DNA from: Deferribacterales bacterium
GTDB taxonomy: Bacteria; Chrysiogenota; Deferribacteres; Deferribacterales; Geovibrionaceae
DNA length: 49,807 nt
Direction: 5' to 3'
Assembly (NCBI GenBank): GCA_050253335.1
Contig: JBFWJG010000011.1
Location: 1 to 49,807, forward strand
Under the pieces are notes generated by a model that saw nothing but the letters and a program-made list of their open reading frames with translations, had not been told where the DNA came from and searched no databases. Positions 9,381-17,522 of this stretch are shown here, piece by piece (positions within the stretch are counted from its first letter, which is position 1; the number at the start of each line of letters is the position of its first letter). The position numbers were made by a program, and so were the translations under genes.

Positions 9381-12337
9381 TGCAGAATCTTGATAATAAA
9401 CGCAATATTGCTCTTGTAGCATCAGCCGGAACAGGGAAAACCTTTAACCTCTCCCTGCGGTACATAAACCTGCTTCTCGGCGGTGCGCAGATGGAGCAGA
9501 TTCTCTGCCTCACCTTCACAGTGAAGGCCACCGCGGAAATGCAGGAAAGGATAATTCAGGTGCTGAACGCCCTAGCGGACGGCAACAGAGCCGACTTCAA
9601 AGGGGAAAGAGAGATTCTCCGCCAGCATAATAACCTTACGGATGAAGAACTTGAGGAAAAGGCAAAACCAGTGCGGGACTATGTGCTGAAAAACTTTTCC
9701 CAGATGCGCATACGCACCATCGACTCATTCATAAACCGCATAATATCCCAGTTTCCGTTCGAGGCGAATGTCCGGCCCGGTTTTTCAATAATTCAGGATA
9801 AGGAGAAGGAAGAGCTTGAAGCGGAAGCGTTTTCCAGAACATTCCAGCTCTTTGCCGCGGAAACAGGGGATATGCTGAAAAATGCCGGCCGCGCATTGGA
9901 ACAGACACCTAAAGCACTGATGGACGAGGTAAAAAAACAGCAGTCAAACTTTGAGAATCAGCTTATCGGCCTCCCTCAGCTAGCCGAAAAATACAGAACA
10001 TCGCAGGAAAGCTTCACCGCCCTTGTTGACGGCGCAAACTTCTATAAACAGCAGGCAGTTGCCGCATCCCGCTCTTTCGGAACCGAACTGCTCGCCTCAA
10101 AGCTCAACGGAAAACAAAAGCCTCAGGCTGAGGGTTTGGCGGAAACCGCAAATCTCAAAAAAATAACCGAAACTGCTCTTTACACCGCGTGCGACCCCGC
10201 AAGCGGTAATTTCAAATCCTTTGAATATAATGAAAGGCAGGTTAAAGCATATTATCAGGTCATTGAGAATACAGGCAAATATCTTGAAGCGAAAGGCGAG
10301 CTGATGATCCGCCTTTCCGTAAAGTTTTACACCTTATTTTTTGCCGAGGTTGAGCGGCTGAAAAAATCCCGCAACGTACTCACGTTTGCGGACATAACCA
10401 TGAAAGCGTATAAAATGCTGGTGGAAAACAGCATTGCCGAAGACACGGAATATCTTTATTTCCGTCTGGACGGGCGCATACTCCACATCCTTATAGATGA
10501 GTTTCAGGATACGAGCCTTGCCCAGTGGAAGATTCTGGAACCCCTTGTACAGCAGGCGCTTGCGGGTGTCGGTCAGCAGGATGCGGTTAAGTCTTTTTTC
10601 TATGTGGGCGACCCTAAGCAGACGCTGTACAGGTTCAGAGGGGGCGAAAGCCGTCTTTTTGACACAGTTACAGAGAACTACAGCGGCTTCATAACAGAAC
10701 GCCAGCTTGATGTAAACTACCGGAGCGCAAAGGCGGTCATGGAGTTTGCCAATCTGCTTTTCGGCAGGCTGAAAGATGAAACCTTCCGCTATACAGAGCA
10801 GAAAGGCAGCAGCCATGACGAGGGTTACGTCTGTGTGGAAATAATCGAAAAGGACAGCAATGAGAAATATATCCTCGGGTGCGTGAACGACCTTATGGAG
10901 CGCGGTTTCAGAGCGTCAGAAATCGCTGTGCTCACAGAAACCAACCTCAAGGCGGACACATGCACCGAATATCTGAACGAAAACGGCATTCCCGCGCGGA
11001 GTGAAACAAGGCAGAAACTCACGGACAGCGCACCGTTTAAAATAATCATGAACATTTTCAGCCATATATTCTACGGTGACAGCCTCAGCGCATTTTCCTT
11101 CCGCATGACGGAACCTGCGGTGAACTCCGCTGAGGAGGCGGCTCAGGAAGGCTTCTGTGAAAAAATCAGTGAAGAGCTGAAAGAGTTCGCAGAAAGAATA
11201 AACGGACAGAACGGACGCTCAGCCTTCGCAGCGGCTGTGAATGAGTTTTACCTCGCCGAAAGGTTCGAGGGGGACGCAAACTTCAAAAAGCTTTGCGACA
11301 TAGCGGCTTATATCCCTGTGACAGCCAACCTTCCCGCCTTTTTTGAGGAGTTCAGACGCAGGGCGGAATCCGAAAACGCCCTCTCCGCAGGGAAGTCCGA
11401 CGCTGTGACGGTTATGACTGTCCATAAATCAAAGGGCCTTGAGTTTGAGGCGGTTATCATTGCCGACCTTGAAATCAGCGTAAAACCCAACGCCAATAAC
11501 TCTCGGATGATATTTTACTCTGAAAGCGGCTCCATGCTGGCAGACAGCATCATATTCAACCACGGCGAAAAGCTGAACGGTTTTGTCAGCGGCAGCTTCC
11601 GCGAGGCTTACGAAGCGGAGGAAAAGGCCGCCTACCATGACAGGCTGAACCTGCTTTACGTTGCTGTCACAAGGGCAAAGCGCGAGCTTTACATCCCCGT
11701 GAAGGAGAAGCCCTCGGAGAACTCTCTGGAAAAGCTTCTGGCGGACAATACGGAACTTCCTCTGGCGATAGGCACAAAATACAGAAAAACATTCTCCCCG
11801 CAGGCGGAAGAAAAAAAGCGCAGAGCGGAAAAGTTTGCACCCCGCCCCGCTCCCGAATACCCCATCACGGAGGAAAGCACGGACTTTCAGGGGGAAATAT
11901 TCGGAACTGCCCTGCACGAGGCTATCTTTCTCGGTGTGCATTTCAGCGAACAGGAAGCGGAAGAAACAGCCCGCTTCACGGTCGTCAAGCATTCGCCGTA
12001 CCTCGGCAGTGATGATGAACAAAGGATAAAAAACGCCCTGTTGACGCTGTATTTGGATCCGTTTTTTAAGGAAATAACACTGAATGCCGAAATTTTCCGC
12101 GAAAGAAGCTTCTCGGATGAAGAAGGCATAAAAACAGTGGACTTTTACTCTGTCAAAGACGAAACGGTCTATTGTCTGGATTTCAAAACAGGCGGCATAA
12201 CATCAAAAATGATGGCCGAATACACTGAGCAGATAAACGGATACGCCCATATTCTCTCAAAGCTTTACAGAAAGCCCGTGAAAAAGTATCTGGTAAACTT
12301 CGTTTCCGGCAGGCTGGAGTGGGTAGGGATTGATTAA
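9380..12337 (+). CDS. addA: AddA-like UvrD helicase/nuclease
   Basis: Walker A 'ASAGTGKT', 'IDEFQDT', 'VGDPKQ..YRFRGG', 'MTVHKSKGLEF', 'LLYVAVTRA', C-terminal nuclease 'LDFKTG'. Confidence 0.95.
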   Translation: MQNLDNKRNIALVASAGTGKTFNLSLRYINLLLGGAQMEQILCLTFTVKATAEMQERIIQVLNALADGNRADFKGEREILRQHNNLTDEELEEKAKPVRDYVLKNFSQMRIRTIDSFINRIISQFPFEANVRPGFSIIQDKEKEELEAEAFSRTFQLFAAETGDMLKNAGRALEQTPKALMDEVKKQQSNFENQLIGLPQLAEKYRTSQESFTALVDGANFYKQQAVAASRSFGTELLASKLNGKQKPQAEGLAETANLKKITETALYTACDPASGNFKSFEYNERQVKAYYQVIENTGKYLEAKGELMIRLSVKFYTLFFAEVERLKKSRNVLTFADITMKAYKMLVENSIAEDTEYLYFRLDGRILHILIDEFQDTSLAQWKILEPLVQQALAGVGQQDAVKSFFYVGDPKQTLYRFRGGESRLFDTVTENYSGFITERQLDVNYRSAKAVMEFANLLFGRLKDETFRYTEQKGSSHDEGYVCVEIIEKDSNEKYILGCVNDLMERGFRASEIAVLTETNLKADTCTEYLNENGIPARSETRQKLTDSAPFKIIMNIFSHIFYGDSLSAFSFRMTEPAVNSAEEAAQEGFCEKISEELKEFAERINGQNGRSAFAAAVNEFYLAERFEGDANFKKLCDIAAYIPVTANLPAFFEEFRRRAESENALSAGKSDAVTVMTVHKSKGLEFEAVIIADLEISVKPNANNSRMIFYSESGSMLADSIIFNHGEKLNGFVSGSFREAYEAEEKAAYHDRLNLLYVAVTRAKRELYIPVKEKPSENSLEKLLADNTELPLAIGTKYRKTFSPQAEEKKRRAEKFAPRPAPEYPITEESTDFQGEIFGTALHEAIFLGVHFSEQEAEETARFTVVKHSPYLGSDDEQRIKNALLTLYLDPFFKEITLNAEIFRERSFSDEEGIKTVDFYSVKDETVYCLDFKTGGITSKMMAEYTEQINGYAHILSKLYRKPVKKYLVNFVSGRLEWVGID

Positions 12338-12345
12338 ATTAGGAA

Positions 12346-12467
12346 GGGGGCGCATCGCTGCACCCCCAGGACAGTATTTACGTGATTTTGCAATCACGCT
12401 TTCGACGCCGTAGTTAGTGTTTCCCCGCTGCCGCAATTTTATATATGCGCCCTCACGAAGAGAGGCG
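12346..12467 (-). ncRNA. Candidate structured RNA (unassigned)
   Basis: Several hairpins with GNRA tetraloops (GCAA, GCGA, GAAA) read on the minus strand in a convergent intergenic gap. Confidence 0.35.
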
Positions 12468-12484
12468 GAGCGGGCGGAACCGTC

Positions 12485-12898
12485 TTAAAGGTTCCTGAAA
12501 CGGAGCAGAAGCTCGCGGATCCTTCTGGAGTAGTCCCCGCCTATTCCGTTTTCGGCCAGTCTTTTCATGCGTTCTATCTGGTAATCCACATATTCCGCAA
12601 AGCTCAGTCCGCCTTCGGCGAAGTCCTGCTCCTGCATATCTGAAAAAGGGAATGCGCTTCTGCGCTGCTCTGCCGCTGTTTTCGGCAGTTCTATCAGAAC
12701 AAGATGCAGATAATTAAGCTCTTTCATGTTGATTTCATCATGAGCAACAAGCTCAATGAGCTTAGTTATCACTTCTGCGGGAAAATCTTCAGGGTATCGG
12801 TATACCCTGTCGCAGAATCTTATTTCCGACACAGGAATAAGTTTTGCCTTGCGCCTCTCAGTAAAGGGTATTGCTGTAATCTGCCCGGCGGTTTGCAT
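12485..12898 (-). CDS. Hypothetical protein
   Basis: 137-aa ORF with SD-like AGGATAAGAG and a sigma54 promoter upstream. Confidence 0.75.
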   Translation of the reverse strand: MQTAGQITAIPFTERRKAKLIPVSEIRFCDRVYRYPEDFPAEVITKLIELVAHDEINMKELNYLHLVLIELPKTAAEQRRSAFPFSDMQEQDFAEGGLSFAEYVDYQIERMKRLAENGIGGDYSRRIRELLLRFRNL

Positions 12899-12935
12899 CT
12901 CTTATCCTGCCTTTTTCCATCTTTCCAGATATTTA

Positions 12936-12952
12936 AGCAGGAAACGTGCCAG
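12936..12952 (-). promoter_or_regulatory. Putative sigma54 promoter
   Basis: Minus strand CTGGCACGTTTCCTGCT (GG-N10-GC). Confidence 0.8.
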
Positions 12953-13028
12953 AAAAAATCAGGAAAAAATTGCCGAGTTTCAGGATTTGCGCTGCTGAAG
13001 AACAAAGCCGCACTGATAAACTGTTAAC

Positions 13029-13065
13029 AAAATAAAAGACTCCTCCGGATGAATCCGAAGGAGCC
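13029..13065 (-). terminator. Rho-independent terminator
   Basis: Minus strand GGCTCCTTCGGAT-tc-ATCCGGAGGAGTC-TTTTATTTT. Confidence 0.75.
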
Positions 13066-13138
13066 TTCAATTCCGCGGCTTTCTCACAAAGCCGTCATAA
13101 TAACTATACCGCAAAAAAGCGGTTCAGATGGAACTATG

Positions 13139-13324
13139 TTAAATTAATCTTTTAGCTTTATTCAAAACTGTTTCAAGGTCCTCTGCCAGCCTGTTCACCA
13201 CTGCACAGCCGTTCGGCTCCTGAGAAGCGATCTCCCGACATTTTTCAAGAACCCTCTCAAGCCTGTCAATGGGTGCGGTGCTGTTGGCTTCATCATTCAT
13301 AAAGTCATTTTCTGACTGGTGCAT
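13139..13324 (-). CDS. Small hypothetical helical protein (61 aa)
   Basis: SD GGAG before ATG 13324 ('MHQSENDF...'), sigma28 promoter upstream and terminator downstream. Confidence 0.65.
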   Translation of the reverse strand: MHQSENDFMNDEANSTAPIDRLERVLEKCREIASQEPNGCAVVNRLAEDLETVLNKAKRLI

Positions 13325-13345
13325 GACACATCTCCGCTGACTTTC

Positions 13346-13372
13346 CAATCGGCATCAGGCCGGATAACTTAA
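13346..13372 (-). promoter_or_regulatory. Putative sigma28 (FliA) promoter
   Basis: Minus strand TTAAGTTA-N11-GCCGATTG. Confidence 0.65.
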
Positions 13373-13464
13373 ACAGTCTTCCGAACAGGTGTTCAGTTCT
13401 TAGCACGCTTAGGGTAAAATCCCGGTAAAGATCATTTACTCAAAACAAAAAGGCACTTTTTTTC

Positions 13465-13764
13465 CTACAGGTCCATTTTTTCCATGACGCTTTCCACTTT
13501 GCGGTTCATTCCCGTCTCCCTGTCTCTGCGGTAGTCCATCTTTATGGAAACTGAAATACGGCGGCAGTCGCTCAGCTCCTCCACTGCGGAGTTGATAACG
13601 CCGAGAACCGCAGCGGGATTTTCCCCTTCGATTATTGTTCCCATAGGCGTAAGCCGCCAGTCAAGCCCGCTGTTTTTGATCACCCGCACAGCTCTGGCAA
13701 CATACTCGGAAACTCCCTCCCCCTCGCCTAGCGGGGTTATGGATACAAATGCCATAGCGCTCAT
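13465..13764 (-). CDS. MTH1187/DUF77 family thiamine-binding protein
   Basis: 'VSITPLG..GVSEYVA...SGLDWRLTPMGTIIEG...R....KMDYR..........KVESV'. Confidence 0.92.
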   Translation of the reverse strand: MSAMAFVSITPLGEGEGVSEYVARAVRVIKNSGLDWRLTPMGTIIEGENPAAVLGVINSAVEELSDCRRISVSIKMDYRRDRETGMNRKVESVMEKMDL

Positions 13765-13832
13765 ACACGCCTCCTTTATTTTTCAGACTTTTGCTGATAG
13801 TATAAACTTAATTTAAAGCGATGAGGAAATAA

Positions 13833-14696
13833 ATGGCTGAAAAAAAGCGGATCAACGTAAACTTCTTCAATATAGAATCTCAGGAGGACGGGGTTTTCAT
13901 GACCCTTTCCGAAAAACTCTCCACACTGTTTGAAAGCGGGATGGACTACGGCTTTTTTGAGACAAAAAGCAGAGAGGTGATGTTCAAGCTGTTCGAATCA
14001 TTCGAGGTGAACAGCTACCCCGCCTATCTTTTCGGACTTATCAAGGAAAAATCAAGCTGGCCTGTCTGGTATGACAGAAACGGGGAACTAAGCGAAGTGC
14101 CCCTTAATTCAGGCACTCTGGGAGATATAACCTACGGACTCGCCCTCCCGCAGGACAGGCTTGTGCTCACAGCCTCCGGCACGGCAGGCAAGGGAGCGTT
14201 CACAGAGTTTCTGCGCTGGCTTGCGGATGATAACACTGTTGTTCTTGATCCGGTTTTCATCGGGGACGCTTATAACAAAATCCAGAACTGGGAAGTTTTC
14301 AGAAAATTTGAACTCAGTGTGGAAGCACCCACCGCGGACTTTGTGGACACAATGCTCTCCAGCGAGTCAGGGCGAGAGCTCGGCTCAATAATGGGCACGC
14401 TTGAAGGCCTGAAGATGGACATAACCGTGAGCATGGGCAACACCAAGGGGAGCATGTCCGCACCTCAGTTGAAGGCGCTCCTCGGCGGCATAATCTCCGA
14501 CAACTATGCCAGAAAGCTCACAATAACCGGAAAAGGATTCGAGGACGAGGCCAGCGAAAGCATAGATGTAATGAGCGCCAAGCTGAAATACTCGGCGGAT
14601 GTGGCGGTGAGCAAAACCTACCTCAGTCCGGACGAGGCGCGCACAGCGTTTCTGGAAGGCTACTACAACAACCAGCAGTATCTGGTAAAGGACTAG
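13833..14696 (+). CDS. Hypothetical protein, DUF6731/DUF4747-like
   Basis: 287 aa with SD GAGG. The pattern 'LDP....AYNKI.....RKFELSVEAP', 'ITVSMG..K', 'KLTITG......SIDV' recalls these families, from memory only. Confidence 0.55.
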   Translation: MAEKKRINVNFFNIESQEDGVFMTLSEKLSTLFESGMDYGFFETKSREVMFKLFESFEVNSYPAYLFGLIKEKSSWPVWYDRNGELSEVPLNSGTLGDITYGLALPQDRLVLTASGTAGKGAFTEFLRWLADDNTVVLDPVFIGDAYNKIQNWEVFRKFELSVEAPTADFVDTMLSSESGRELGSIMGTLEGLKMDITVSMGNTKGSMSAPQLKALLGGIISDNYARKLTITGKGFEDEASESIDVMSAKLKYSADVAVSKTYLSPDEARTAFLEGYYNNQQYLVKD

Positions 14697-16096
14697 CGCA
14701 CTATTCCGGGCTTCTCTGCTTTTATATGATGCAGAACGGCATTGAAGCCCTTCGCGGCGGTTCTGAAATTGGCATCCTGAACATTTCCGTCACTTACTTC
14801 TCTGCCGTAGACCGAGCCTTCGAATGAGTTTTTCATAAGCTTTGCCAGAAAAGCCGTGCAGGCAGCCCTGTCGGGATTTCTGTCCGAGTCCATGCATTTT
14901 TTCAGGACATCAGGCAGTTCCTCCTGACTGCGGCATCTGTGAACAAGGGGCAGTTCGGCAAAAAACACATCGGAGAAAACAACGGACGGCGTGCCCAGAA
15001 GCGCCGCCTGATAAGCCGCAGTGCCGGAAACCGTGACCACTGCGAATGCTCCTGCCGTCAGTTCCCAGTTATCCGATTCGGGGTGCACAAGCACGGCGTT
15101 CGGCAGATCGTTCACTGCGTTGTAAAACTCACGCACTCTGTCCCCCACTGCCTGCGGGTGCTCCTTCACAACCACCACGGCATCAGCCGGAAGAGAACGG
15201 GCAATATTCTGAATTATGTGAAACTGATCAGAGTTATAAGCCCCCAGAACATCGATGCTCGCCTCCGGCTGCATATGCAGGTTATAAACGCAGTATTTCT
15301 GCCCTTTCAGAAAAGAAATATCCCTACTCAGCCTCAGCCTTTTCAGCCTCTTGGCATTGTTCCGGCGGAAAATCCGCTGATCAAAAAGATAATCCAGATC
15401 AGGGCGGGTCATATCCTTGTCCCGATGAAACATCATGTATGTCAGGTGTTTTTTAAGCTTGCGGAAGTTTTCACCGCTGAACAATGAAAAATCACGCTTT
15501 ATGTGAGCGTAATCAGGCACCGGACGGTGGTTTACGAACCTGTCATAAAACTCTTCCGCCGCTTCAAGGTCAGAGTCAAAAAAAGGCTTGTCCAGATAAA
15601 GCTTATCCTGAAAGAACCCTTTGAAAAAGGTGAATCTTCCGTTTGGTATTCTCGTTGTGGCCGGCGCAAGGTAAGGGATGCCGCACCTCTCCGCCGCTGC
15701 GGAGGCAACAAGCTCCGCTGTCCATGTGGATTCGCCGAAAATTACATCTATCTTATTATCTGTGATGAATTTTTTGGTCATGGAGAAGACTGATGCAATA
15801 TAAGGATAGGTTTTCTCCCTCGGTTTACGGCTGAGGATCCGGTCAGACATGATAATCGCGGAAGCCTTGTACGGGGAATAAGCCTCCATCTCAAGAACTG
15901 CCGAAATATCAGCATCCCCGCTGGATGATGCGGGCGAGAGATCCAGAATACGGCTTTTCTCCACTCCCTTTGATTCCAGAAAGCTTATCCAATCGGGGTC
16001 TCCGGTGGAGATCCAGTAGCATTCCGCATCAAGGTGGACTGATATTCCGTAAAAAGTTTCGGTTCTGAGATGGCTGATCACAAATGCCGCTTTCAA
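14693..16096 (-). CDS. Capsule polysaccharide biosynthesis protein (KpsS-like / Capsule_synth family)
   Basis: 'LHMQPEASID', 'VVKEHP', 'VVTVSGTAAYQAALLGTP'; overlaps the end of wzx. Confidence 0.75.
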   Translation of the reverse strand: MKAAFVISHLRTETFYGISVHLDAECYWISTGDPDWISFLESKGVEKSRILDLSPASSSGDADISAVLEMEAYSPYKASAIIMSDRILSRKPREKTYPYIASVFSMTKKFITDNKIDVIFGESTWTAELVASAAAERCGIPYLAPATTRIPNGRFTFFKGFFQDKLYLDKPFFDSDLEAAEEFYDRFVNHRPVPDYAHIKRDFSLFSGENFRKLKKHLTYMMFHRDKDMTRPDLDYLFDQRIFRRNNAKRLKRLRLSRDISFLKGQKYCVYNLHMQPEASIDVLGAYNSDQFHIIQNIARSLPADAVVVVKEHPQAVGDRVREFYNAVNDLPNAVLVHPESDNWELTAGAFAVVTVSGTAAYQAALLGTPSVVFSDVFFAELPLVHRCRSQEELPDVLKKCMDSDRNPDRAACTAFLAKLMKNSFEGSVYGREVSDGNVQDANFRTAAKGFNAVLHHIKAEKPGIVR

Positions 16097-17358
16097 GTGC
16101 CGCTCCTGCGGACATCACGAAGGAGTCCGCTCTTTATTATATATAGGATAAGAAAAAGGGTGTAGGCCGCCTCTGATGAAACAAGGGCAAAAGCCGCGCC
16201 TTTCTCTAAAAACGCCGGAATCAGGATAAACGAAAGCAGAAGCCCGAGAAGCTTCGCCGCCAGAGTGAGGTTGAGAAACGCCCTCCCTCTGTCAAAGCAC
16301 ACCAGAGTCTGCACACCCATTATATTGTTAACCGAGAAAAAGAAAAGATAAACGGCGAGCATCTGCAGAACAGGCACGCTTGCCATGAACTCCTCACCCA
16401 AAACAAGCCTCACGCCGAAATCTGAAAGGAGAAAAATTGCGGCGGAAAGAACGGCGGCAAAAACAGCCACAGCGGCTCCGGCTTTTTTGATAAAGCCGAA
16501 CCACTCTTCCTTTGAGCGGGCGGCTGTCTTTCTGGAATGGGGAAAAATAGCCTGAAAAACAGGGGAAAGCATTGCGCGAACGGCATCCATAAGCTTTTCG
16601 GCAGAGCCGTAAAAACCAACGGCCGCATCACCCGCTATGAAGCCGAGGATGACAGTATTTGTTATCTTGGCGAAATTGTCTGTGATTGATTTGGCGAAGT
16701 AAGTGAAGCCTTCCCTGATCCCTTCTGTAATCCCTGTGAACGCCGGAGCTTTAAAACTCAGCCCGAAACCGGAGTAAACCGTCCATATGCCGTAGAATCC
16801 GGCGAGTGTATAGGCGATGAAGTTTGCAAGGGGCACAAGAGCATAGTCCGCCTCTGTCTTCACCATGAGCAGAACCAGAACCAGATAGCCTGTTTTCACT
16901 GCGACAAGGCAGAAGGCTATGAACTTCATCCGCTCCATGCCCCTGTAAAACCAAGAAGGGATAAGGATCTGCCCGCCTATCATGCCGAAAGTCAGCAGAA
17001 CAAGCCGCCATTCCTCCCTGAATTTGCCCACGGAAGCGATGAGAATCAGGATAATGACAAAACCGGCAAAACCCAGAAGAAGCTTGGCCGCCATGACATT
17101 GTGAAATATTTCGGAAAGACGCTTTTTGTCATGCTGATTTTCGGCAATCCGCATGGTTCCCCACATGTCAAAACCGTAATCAACAAGGAATATAAAATAG
17201 GTTATTACAGACTGGGCTAATATCACAAGTCCGTATTTGGAAGGCCCCAGAACCCGCACAAGATAGGGAACCGCAGCCAGCGATATGGCGTATGTTATGA
17301 GCTGAAGGATAAACAGTGATGATGCGTTGGAAAATATACGCCTAGCGTCCGATTTCAT
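16093..17358 (-). CDS. wzx: Wzx-type polysaccharide flippase
   Basis: 'PYLVRVLGPSKYG...LVDYGF', 'AVGFYGSAEKL', about 12 hydrophobic segments. Confidence 0.92.
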   Translation of the reverse strand: MKSDARRIFSNASSLFILQLITYAISLAAVPYLVRVLGPSKYGLVILAQSVITYFIFLVDYGFDMWGTMRIAENQHDKKRLSEIFHNVMAAKLLLGFAGFVIILILIASVGKFREEWRLVLLTFGMIGGQILIPSWFYRGMERMKFIAFCLVAVKTGYLVLVLLMVKTEADYALVPLANFIAYTLAGFYGIWTVYSGFGLSFKAPAFTGITEGIREGFTYFAKSITDNFAKITNTVILGFIAGDAAVGFYGSAEKLMDAVRAMLSPVFQAIFPHSRKTAARSKEEWFGFIKKAGAAVAVFAAVLSAAIFLLSDFGVRLVLGEEFMASVPVLQMLAVYLFFFSVNNIMGVQTLVCFDRGRAFLNLTLAAKLLGLLLSFILIPAFLEKGAAFALVSSEAAYTLFLILYIIKSGLLRDVRRSGT

Positions 17359-17367
17359 GGAAATGAG

Positions 17368-17376
17368 ATTATATCA
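17368..17376 (-). promoter_or_regulatory. Extended -10 promoter for the wzx operon
   Basis: Minus strand TGATATAAT, 9 nt before ATG 17358; no SD. Confidence 0.55.
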
Positions 17377-17410
17377 GAAACATACGCCAGTCAATCCGTC
17401 TTACTTAATA

Positions 17411-17489
17411 ACAGTAATCCGTGCATCCTGCCGGATTACTGTACACGCTCGCGCCGAACTTCGTTCGTCTTCACTGCGTTCAGAATGAC
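17411..17489. repeat. Modular palindromic (REP-like) element, same family as the 41.1 and 41.3 kb copies
   Basis: 11-bp inverted repeat around T-GCATCCTGC, then ACACGCTCGCG, a 15-nt hairpin and CTTCACTGCG. Confidence 0.7.
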
Positions 17490-17522
17490 TGAAACAAGCC
17501 CCCATTTGGATAATCAAATCAG

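Noticed and set aside
6771..12337. Helicase-nuclease pair as an anti-phage defence system or Cas4-like module
   Set aside because: Size, motifs and order fit housekeeping AddAB recombination repair.
12346..12410. tmRNA 5' end (GGGGGCG...TTTCGAC), or pistol-ribozyme-like CGTG...CACGTAAATA on the minus strand
   Set aside because: Spacing is wrong for tmRNA and there is no tag ORF or acceptor 3' end; the pistol pseudoknot and downstream conserved residues are absent.
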